Origin: Eledone cirrhosa
Lineage: Eukaryota
Direction: 5' to 3'
Assembly (NCBI GenBank): GCA_964016885.1
Contig: OZ024742.1
Location: 99,138,001-99,202,000, forward strand
Length of the DNA: 64,000 nt
Shown piece after piece: positions 55,311 to 64,000 of this stretch. Made by a program: the position numbers and the translations under genes. The stretch's first letter is position 1; the number at the start of each line of letters is the position of its first letter. The notes below the pieces were generated by a model. It searched no databases, was not told the DNA's origin, and saw nothing but the letters and a program-made list of their open reading frames with translations.

Positions 55311-55919
55311 AGGACGTTATACAATAAACAGTTGAATGTGCTAAGCATATGAAATAAGTAGAAATTGTTATATAACATACAATTATTAGCACAACACAAA
55401 TAATATATAAATACTTTCCGGGATAACATACCCAAATATGCGGGAAACCACTAGTTAAGTCTATACAGATCAGCCCACTTCTTTCGTTATTATAAATAAG
55501 AATCTGTTATCCGGGAACTCTCAGCAGTAATCATTTATTGCATGAACCTTCCTTCTCCAATTTATATGTTTTGTTAAGCAACTCAGTTTTGTTGGTTATG
55601 GCGATCATGTACATCAGGGAATCACATTGTTTAGCATATTTTCTCGAAGATTCCTTATATGGCTGTTGTTTTTTCTTCTTTTCAATTCTATTTCTGTTAC
55701 AGATGTGTCTCCCTTATTCAACTCAAGTTTCCTCTTTATCATCATTCATAGATGTGATATTGCTATTAGGAGAAATTTCAGCATACTTCACCGCAGGATT
55801 AGGAATTATTAACCGCTTCAGAAGCCGATGAAGACGTCAGTTTTCTAGATTTCCTTAAAAATAGAAATAATATTATAACTGCTCAGGCTGCCAGTAATTT
55901 GTTCATTACTTGGTTTATT

Positions 55920-56430
55920 TACCTCAACTCATGACAGGCACCACTGAAGTGGTGTATGCTGTCACAACTGTACCAACTAGCCTTTTTCATCGGTAACATC
56001 ATTTTCATTGATATTGACTTGCCACCCATAACGGGACAGAGTTCTGGTATTGCCTTGTAATGCTGGGTCTTTACTACAACTTCCAGGTCATTACTAACCA
56101 CTTCACATTTCAGTACTCTGACACTTATCACATGCCTGTATCTGTGTTAGTGTGAAAGTGTGTGAGCATTTGTACATTGTTGTTTGTATTGTTACATATG
56201 TTAAGAAAATTATCAACTTTGGTTAGTAGGTTGTAGCTATTATTATTTGTCTTCGGATGTTTGATTCGCTATAGTATTTTCTATGACTTTCTCTAAATAT
56301 AGTTTGTCCATTTGTAAAACCAGTTCAGTAGTGCTATCGGGTATTGCTGTAATTTACTTTGATTCAGTTTGTCATGCTACTTCCTATCTTATTGATACCT
56401 CCCACTGCGCATAATGTTAGCATTCAGTCA
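55920..56430 (-). pseudogene. Possible decayed Gypsy/Ginger-type integrase fragment
   Basis: QACDKCQ followed by ...PELCPV... and ...IHHFS resembles an H2C2-to-core integrase junction; heavily frameshifted. Confidence 0.3.
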
Positions 56431-56601
56431 TTAATGTAGTTATTAACAGCAACTGTCGTCGATAAACGAAATTTGTTCATCTGAGATGTTGAAATAGATT
56501 TCCAGTTTGCAAAATAATCCAATAAAAGTTAGAAGAAACCGAAGTTCGTCGGAACTACGTCATGGAGCATCCGTACATGTCAATGACTAATTATAACAAA
56601 C

Positions 56602-56785
56602 AATTGTTTCTACTTTTGGCACAATGCCAGCAAGTACGCCAGTGCATTACTGGTACTTTAGTTTTTCGACCCTGTAATGATGAAAGCCAAAGTTAAACGC
56701 GGCGGGATTTGAACTCAGAACGTAAAGGTCCTTAAGTCCTATGCCGCAAAGCATGGTGTCTGACGCTCTACCGATACTGACAAAA
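56602..56785 (-). mobile_element. tRNA-derived SINE copy
   Basis: cgcggcgggatttgaactcagaacgtaaag (B box on minus), ctggtacttta, gacgctctaccgat. Confidence 0.8.
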
Positions 56786-57127
56786 CACTAATGTCGGTTT
56801 CTTATATTTTCCACGAAGCCCAAGATGACGGGGACAGTAGGAAGACGAATTACACGATAAATTGGAGTTTATATCGAGTTAACACGCTGGAAATCTTCAA
56901 TACCAACTAATGCAACAATAGGTCTCCAACAATAAAGAAGCCCCAATATACAGGAAGATGGCCTGGCAATATTCGGGATATAAATCTCACACAAAAACCT
57001 GGATTACGCTGTCAATAAAAGGGGCCGCTCTGGTGATTATGATGAGAGTTAATGGTTTCTAAGTTTGCTAGAAGGCGAGCATGTATATTCTATTTAGCAA
57101 TGGGGCATTTATCTATCTATATATATA

Positions 57128-57630
57128 TTAGAATTGGTGCTCTGAAATAGCTATATATATATATATATGACTGTATATATAGTGTATTTTGCAATACACT
57201 GTATGCTTAATTAAAAGCATTTCGAAGACCTTATGCTATTGTTTTAGATTAGTGACAGACTCACTTACTTTAATTTCAGCAAACAGAGGGAGATAAAGCT
57301 GACAAGGCCTTGTTTCGCATTTATTGATGGTTATCAAAGCCAACAACTCCTCCTGTTTGCTGAAATCATGGATGTTTGGTTCTTATAAAATACTAGTAAA
57401 TAATCAGTAACTGATTATACAGAGCGGTTGCCGGTCAAGCAGAAATTGAAAATTAGAATTGGTGCTCTGAAATAGCTATATAATATATGAATGTATATAT
57501 AGTTTGCTGAAATTAAAGTACGTGAGTCTGTCACTACTCTAAAACAATAGAAAAAGGTCTTCGAAATGCTTTTAATTAAGCATACAGTGTATTGCAAAAT
57601 ACATATATATACATTCATATATATATCGCT
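57128..57630. mobile_element. Older relative of the 310-bp retrozyme-like family: one ~325-bp unit, a partial repeat and an inverted fragment
   Basis: Shares tgctctgaaatagc and gagcggttgccggtc..gcagaaatt with the 310-bp unit. Degenerate minus-strand HHR near 57297-57341 (GCU-UUGAUAA...GAAA-CAAGGCCUUG-UC-AGC). Confidence 0.7.
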
Positions 57631-57673
57631 TCCATATATTGTACATATTGTGTTGTTATTTTTGTTTAACCTT

Positions 57674-57710
<37 letters not shown>

Positions 57711-57802
57711 ATAATAATAAATTTGAAGACTAAAATCCAAAGAGGGCTTGATAAGCTTAAACTTTAATCTGTTATTTTAATAAATATATATATATATATA
57801 TA

Positions 57803-60510
57803 CTTTGGTTCGTGGAAACTTTCCCTTGCTAAGAACGGGAAAAAACGAATATAATACGTCATTAATAGGAGCGGTGAAAAGCAATTACGCGCAAAGGCAG
57901 AACCACATTTATGGTATAAAAGAGGTCGTAGACTAATGTTCTCTTAGGTGGTGCATAGAGACGTTCTCTGGGAATGAACGAAAACACGAAGATAATACGT
58001 CATATGTGGAGCGTGGAGAACAATAGCACGTTAAGACAAAACCACGTAAATGGTATAGCAGAAGTCGTAGACTAAATTCTAACTAGGAGACCGAATGAAT
58101 CTCCGCTACAGAGTTAAGAACAAAGTAAATAAATACAATACAGAAGTAATAGAAATAAATAAATACAAACACGCAAACAAATGCGTACATACACAAGCAT
58201 ACGCAAAAACTTACCATAGGTAAACAAAACCACGCACATATAAATATGTGTGTGTGTGTAAGCGTGTCTACAAATAAATAAATAATTATATAAACGTATA
58301 TAAATAAATAAATACGTATATAACAAGCGCACACACATACCTACATGTAAATACACGAATTTTCGGAGACGTAAGTCAACCAAAACATGAAGTACACATA
58401 TACACACGCCCTACATACGTACGAACCTGCATACTCACACAGACGCAAAACTCCCGTATGCACATAGCCGAACCATATGTTACCAGAAATATTAAAAAAT
58501 GTATACGCCATAACAATCAAATATACGTACGCGAAGGTATACGTACCTTCACAAAACATACGGATAATATATACTTACCTATGCAAATAAGTAAAGGTAT
58601 AAACAAACATATACTTAGCTCCCACATCGAGACGTAAAATATCCACCTATAGATCGAACTATCCGTTAGGGTATAACGTGGGGCTGTAATACAGGAAAGT
58701 TTTGTGCCATTTATGTTTACAAGCCGAAATTGCCTCAGATTTTTTGTTTAAGATGTGGTCTGTAGCGTAGAGTATTTCCAGGGCCTCAGCGGCGCAGAGG
58801 TCGCATGGTCTTTTATTTCCGTTATACGATCTAGCCCTAGCTAGGATCTCCCAGTGTAACTTATATTGGGTGTGGTTGTCTTTTAGACTCCAGATATAAC
58901 CTGAAAGTGACGTCATATTCCTTCTAAGAGGGTAACGAAAAGAATGGGTATGCATGTAAAGACGCTGCTTGAATCTATTGGCGCTTAACCCTATGAAGGC
59001 CCTACGGGACGTGGGTGTTACAACCTTACATATGTAGACAATGTTACTAGAGAGGCAATTCCCGGATAGGGGGAAATCAACCTGATTCCTACAATTACAG
59101 TTAGTACTAACTACAGGGTTGCACGTGTTCCTACGGCTAGGTAGTTTAGCTAAATTTGAAGCTGTGATGTTATGTGCAAGGTTAGGAGTCGAAGAGTAAG
59201 AAATTTTAATAGTATTTCTATTAAAAATGTTACTATATTTATGTGTAGGGGGAAAATGCTTCGTAATAAGGGAAAGAAAGATCTTAGCTAATGGTGTGGC
59301 CACCTCCATATTATATGGTGGGTTATACCAACAAATGCGACGGGATCTATTTCTTCTAGGTCTATTTTCGTACTCTGTATATGCTACCTTATCGACAAAT
59401 CCACTTCGAGCAAGAGCTTCATTGTAATAAGTGGAATGGTCGTTGAAAATACGCTTGTTGGTGGAAAGACGGGAAAGCCTCAACGAAACGTTTCTTACCA
59501 GGTTCTTAGTTATGCTGGCAGGATGGTTGGAATGCTTACTTATGTAATTAAGCGTATCATTCGGCTTTCTATACGGGTAATACAACCCATTCAATAGGTT
59601 GAGGGTAACGTCGAGGTAATTAGCGACCGAGAGATTGGCCTCAACCTGTATAGAGAGGTTGAAGCCTTTAAAGAAGGCTGTGAGTTCTTTTCTGAACCTG
59701 TCGCAAGCACGAGGTCCGCACTTAGTCATGGTCAAAAGACCATCGTCACGGTACAAACCACCGCCCGCGTTGGGGAATTCGTCCTTGATAGAGAAAAGAA
59801 GGAAAAGGCGGATAAGATCAGTAACCTCCGCAGAATCACTGGCGCCAATACTCACGTCGAATGGCGTACTATTGGATTTTTTAATCCAAATAGAGTCGTC
59901 GAAATTAATCACCGACTTTCGGGCATTGAGGATGACATCAACCTCGAAATCCTTAACCACTGTGAGTGTTTTAGCGAAATTGATAGCTCTAAGGAGAAGT
60001 GGTAAAGTAATGGAGGTGTAGTAATTGTTGATGTCGAATTGGATAAAGCGGCAATGTTCCTTGTTACATATGCCGTTGAACCAATCAATCACCGCGAAGG
60101 AATTGTTCCACAGTGCAAGAGGGGCCAAGCTTCTAATTTCAGGTATAATTCTATCAAGAATCGTCTTACTAAGTCTACCTAAATCGGACTTCGTAGGGTT
60201 AATAAGCCGAATAGAGGGATTGTTCGGAAAATTGGATTTGTGATCCTTCAGGGTAAAGTGGGGAGAAATAGGGTCCAGAGCTTCGGTCCGGTCCAGGATG
60301 TTGAGATCAGATGTGATTTTAAACCCAGCATCGTTGATTTCATTGATGACGCACCGATTAGTTTTACGGTAATCCTTAGTTACAGCATTATGTAGTAGTT
60401 GATGGTAAGCACTGCACTCCACTTGATATAAGTTGCCAGTTTTGTCGGAATGGACGTGCACGGCATTAGAATCCTTAATAGAACGAAAGAGCCCGTTAAG
60501 GGTGAAAGCA
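57803..60510 (-). mobile_element. 5'-truncated Penelope-like element (Nematis-like) with about 850 bp of 3' non-coding region
   Basis: 600-aa open RT-EN frame; ends at (TA)n near 57790. Confidence 0.9.
58659..60461 (-). CDS. PLE reverse transcriptase + GIY-YIG endonuclease (N-terminally truncated, uninterrupted)
   Basis: SDKTGNLY, TLKDHK, IRLINPTKSDLG, FDINNYY, GASDSAEV, GLYRDDGL, YLDVTLNL, SNHP, WYNPPY, CNCRN, SNIVYICKV...FIGLS...FKQRLYMH, CDLCAAEALEI, LNKKSE...CKH. Confidence 0.92.
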   Translation of the reverse strand: MHVHSDKTGNLYQVECSAYHQLLHNAVTKDYRKTNRCVINEINDAGFKITSDLNILDRTEALDPISPHFTLKDHKSNFPNNPSIRLINPTKSDLGRLSKTILDRIIPEIRSLAPLALWNNSFAVIDWFNGICNKEHCRFIQFDINNYYTSITLPLLLRAINFAKTLTVVKDFEVDVILNARKSVINFDDSIWIKKSNSTPFDVSIGASDSAEVTDLIRLFLLFSIKDEFPNAGGGLYRDDGLLTMTKCGPRACDRFRKELTAFFKGFNLSIQVEANLSVANYLDVTLNLLNGLYYPYRKPNDTLNYISKHSNHPASITKNLVRNVSLRLSRLSTNKRIFNDHSTYYNEALARSGFVDKVAYTEYENRPRRNRSRRICWYNPPYNMEVATPLAKIFLSLITKHFPPTHKYSNIFNRNTIKISYSSTPNLAHNITASNLAKLPSRRNTCNPVVSTNCNCRNQVDFPLSGNCLSSNIVYICKVVTPTSRRAFIGLSANRFKQRLYMHTHSFRYPLRRNMTSLSGYIWSLKDNHTQYKLHWEILARARSYNGNKRPCDLCAAEALEILYATDHILNKKSEAISACKHKWHKTFLYYSPTLYPNG

Positions 60511-60549
60511 GCGATTCTTTGCTTAAACTTTAATCTGTTATTTTAATAA

Positions 60550-60591
<42 letters not shown>

Positions 60592-60697
60592 ATACAAGAG
60601 AGAGAGAGAGAATGTGTGTATTTATCAATGTACAGGGACCAACGCGAGTTTATGACTCCGTTAATTTATTTATATATATATTTATTTATATAATGCA

Positions 60698-61141
60698 TAC
60701 TAGACTAGACCTGAAAAATGCACAAGCTCACAAGAGCCACAGAATGTTATAATAAACCTTCAAAAGTGTAGTTGCTCAAAAGTATTGTAGTCATTATCTA
60801 TCGTACAAATCGTGGCATCCTTTTATAAAAAAAAAGACTCATAACGAACTCTAGACGACACGATAATTATTTAAGCTAATGTTCAATATCTCATATTAGA
60901 TGTTTAGTAATGATTAATACGAAATGCACTTAAACCGAATTCTATATTATAAATTCACTTAAATAATTATCGTGTCGTCTTGAGTTCGTCATGAGTCTCT
61001 TTTTTTATAAAAGGATGCCACAGATTGTACGATAGATAATGATTACAATATTTTTTAGCCACAACTCTAGTCCTACACTTTTGAAGGTTTATTTTAACAT
61101 TCTGTGGCCCTTTTGAGCTTGCGCATTTTTCAGGTCTAGTT
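60698..61141. repeat. Fold-back element (arms about 60703-60874 and 60958-61141)
   Basis: actagacctgaaaaatgc...gacacgataattatttaag and its reverse complement; no intact HHR core seen. Confidence 0.85.
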
Positions 61142-61705
61142 TAATATTTTTTTAAGGCAACGCTTGTAATAACTCTAGTTAAACATGATATATATTAATA
61201 ATAAATTATCGTTGTAATGTAATTAGATTATATAATTGTTATTTTATAAATGATCTTATAAATAGTTTTGTAAGATGTATAAAAATATTTTCAGACTTTT
61301 AATAGTTAATATAAATTTCAAAAATCATATATAAATTATACTTTCAATATAACTTACCCAAACGAGAAAAATATTTTGATGATAAACGACGCAATACTGG
61401 AGGAAGATTCGAAAGCGAAACGATAAATAAACGTGGAAACAAAGTGGCGGATGCTTTTGAGCAACAATTATTCTCGTTGAAAGACGATGAAATTAGCCAA
61501 TAAGACGATACATTACAAAAGATATTTGGGAGGGATCACCACGGTCAGCGATACCGCATGAACATTTTGTTCACAAGCCACGCATGTATGTCACAGACAC
61601 GCAGACTTACAACATTTTGTTGTTAGTCACTGTGTGTCTAACAGATATATATATGTATATTAAAATATAAGTATTAATAAAATAGATGTTCTTTTGATCA
61701 ATTAC

Positions 61706-61758
61706 ATTTTATTATACATATTTCGGATGTACAACAGTACGTCCTCATCAGACAAAAT
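61706..61758 (-). ncRNA. Type I hammerhead in 3' pLTR
   Basis: AUUUUGU-CUGAUGA-GGACGUAC-UGUU-GUACAUCC-GAAA-UAUGUA-UA-AUAAAAU. Confidence 0.85.
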
Positions 61759-61838
61759 ATAATGATACATGACATACCCTGAGATGTTAAATAGTTAAGA
61801 TTTAATCAAGGTAGTGATTACCCGATAGAAAATGTTGC

Positions 61839-63677
61839 TTATATAATATCTGTGTGAGAGTGTGAAGGGTAATTACTTTTATTTCTACAATTACAATTTG
61901 GTTTAGTATCATTAATGTTAACTCTATTATTATGATCATTAGGTTGGTTTGGTTTTAGGCTTTTGGCGTTTAATTTGGCGATGATTTGGACCATGTTACT
62001 GGTTGTAGAATTTGCGAATTTAATGGTATGTATATTAAAAATGGAATGGTATTTATGTTGAGTAGGGAAAGAGGTGTCAAGAGCTTTAAAGAATAGTTTT
62101 GCAAATGGTGTTTTAACTGCGACCTAAGCTGGGGGTGCAAACCATATGACTGGTTTCGATCTAGTTCGTATTCTCGATTTATTTAGCGTATGCGTGTTTG
62201 AGTTATAGTTATTAGAGTTACTCTTATATGTTTTATCATTTTTATTATTATTATAAGGAATAATACTTGGATTGTTATTATCTACATATTCTATATTATT
62301 CCTATATCCTGCTCTTTTTAAAGCGTTGTTGTAAAATTCCGCATTTTTATCAAATATATCTTTATTAGCTGATATTTTATTAATACGTTTTTGCACACTA
62401 TTTACTATAGCTTTTCTTACAGATCTAGGGTGATTTGAATAGTTACTAACATAGTTTAAGTTTTCATTAGGCTTATAAAAAGGGTAATAGAAGCCAGTGT
62501 TTAAGTTAAAGGTAACGTCAAGGAAATTAACTATTTTGGTAACATTTTCTACTTCTAATTTAAGGTTGTATGTTTTAAAGAATTCTATTATACTTTTCTT
62601 AACTCTATTTATTTCTATATTATTGTGTTTGATCACCGTAAATAAAATGTCATCTCTATATAAACCACCGGTAATCTCCAGCAGTTTTCTATTTATCATG
62701 TTTAATATGAAAATTCCCAGAAGATCTGTGATCAGCGCGGAATCAGATGCCCCCATAGTGAAATCAAAGTTTCTATCTCTATCTGAGCGTGTCCAAAGTT
62801 CGTTATTGAATTTAATGAGAGTTCTTCTAGCTGTTAAAATTATTTCTATTTCATTTGTGGTTAGATCGGTATGCTTATAAGCATATGGGCCTTATTTAGA
62901 AGTTTAGGTGTTATAGAACAATAGCAGCTAGTAATATCCATCTGGATGAATTTATAGTTTTTCTTATCTTCAATGTTTTTGTACCATTCAATGACCTCGT
63001 TTGTATCTTTCCATAAGCTCAAACTAGATCTCAATTTAATGATCTTTTTACTGATTACTCCTATATCCGATTTCGATGGAGCAATCAGTCTAACTGGCAT
63101 TTCTTCCTTAAAGTTTCTTTTATGATCCTTCAGGTTAATCCTTGGCTGTCTAGGTAAGAATGGCTCAGTTCTTCCTTGTATTCCTAGATTGGTAATTAAA
63201 TTATAAGCTTCTTCATTAATTTCATTAAGATCCTCAGTCGGGGCTTTTTTGTAATTTTTCCTAAGTTCTTTCAAATTCAGGTCATTATATTCGTCTTTGC
63301 TTATCACATATAAATTAATAGTTTTGTCCGATTTAACCAATACTTTGTTAACATTTTTTATTTCAATGATTTTATCTTTTAGAGATCTGACCTATATATA
63401 GGTTTTTCCCAAATTTAATATTTTTGATTATGCCGAGCATTTCTGTTTCAAAAACCTCCAGGAGTTTGTTGTATGGGGGATTTTTTCTTGATTTAAACAA
63501 AGATTCAAACTGATTATTGTTGGTTTTTCTTTCGGCATCTTTATTTTCGAAATGAAAAGCTCTCGATCTTAATCTTCTAATAAAAGAGTGTGTCTGTTCT
63601 ATAGTTTTCTTCATGTATTCTTCATTTGAAGGTATAGGTATATCTTTGAGGGAAGTCGGGAAGTTAAAGAAATCCAT
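61839..63677 (-). pseudogene. PLE RT ORF from Met start, with frameshifts and stops
   Basis: MDFFNFPTSLKDIPIPS, KSDKT, LKDHK, VRLIAPSKSDIG, MGASDSA, GLYRDD, FLDVTFNL, SNHP, IWFAPP, *VAVKTPFAKLF...FPTQHKYHSIFNIHTIK...CNCRNK. Confidence 0.88.
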
Positions 63678-63873
63678 ATTTATATAATATTCAATATATT
63701 GTATAGAAAAGCGCTCAACCTGATATAAGTATTAAGTTGTTAAACAATATTCGATGATTATGTCAAAGAATGAGTTTTACAGTAGATTGGAAGCACAACG
63801 TTAAATCATTTTCAGGAGTTATTAATATTAAAATATAAGTATTAATAAAATAGATGTTCTTTTGATCAATTAC

Positions 63874-63926
63874 ATTTTATTATACATATTTCGGATGTAC
63901 AACAGTACGTCCTCATCAGACAAAAT
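63874..63926 (-). ncRNA. Type I hammerhead in 5' pLTR
   Basis: Identical motif to 61706-61758. Confidence 0.85.
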
Positions 63927-64000
63927 ATAATGATACATGGCATACTCTGAGATGTTAAATGGTTAAGATTTAATCAAGGTAGTGATTACCCGATAGAAAA

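Larger units (their letters stand above)
61657..64000 (-). mobile_element. Penelope-like element (Nematis-like) with direct-repeat pLTRs (61657-61832, 63825-64000+), each with a hammerhead; GIY-YIG domain apparently absent
   Basis: Terminal direct repeats offset by 2168 bp; ORF pieces 63372-63677, 62861-63340 and 62124-62756 plus read-through to CNCRN near 61881-61895. Confidence 0.9.

Noticed and set aside
57756-60556. ~36-bp direct repeat flanking the Nematis-like PLE read as a TSD
   Set aside because: The same sequence occurs independently near 14062 (reverse) and 27942, so it is a repeat-family end rather than a target duplication.
43926-63677. Selenocysteine recoding in PLE ORFs, as reported for some Naiad elements
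   Set aside because: The breaks I checked are frameshifts or TAA/TAG stops rather than TGA at conserved Cys; no convincing SECIS; the endonuclease is C-terminal, unlike Naiad/Chlamys.

Overview
AT-rich eukaryotic DNA with dense (TA)n/(CA)n/(GA)n/(GAA)n microsatellites. A recurring tRNA-derived SINE suggests a cephalopod, probably Octopus (inference). No intact host gene is evident, and most listed ORFs are microsatellite artefacts. The window is a nest of transposable elements: at least seven Penelope-like retroelement (PLE) copies or remnants of about three lineages (RT + GIY-YIG), a decayed L1/Tx1-type LINE, a deleted Gypsy LTR remnant, two non-autonomous Helitron-like elements and many SINEs. 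The main hidden signal, found by reading both strands by hand, is about 25 type I hammerhead ribozyme (HHR) motifs with an intact CUGANGA...GAAA...UH core, from roughly a dozen sequence families. Many lie in non-coding, retrozyme-like elements that form tandem arrays (310-bp and 543-bp units) and/or fold-back palindromes. In every fold-back where the ribozyme fixes the strand, the arms are head-to-head, with RNA 3' ends pointing outward and mostly abutting (TA)n. One PLE appears to have lost its GIY-YIG endonuclease yet carries matching HHR-bearing pLTRs at both ends. All structures were predicted by eye; no folding or database search was run.
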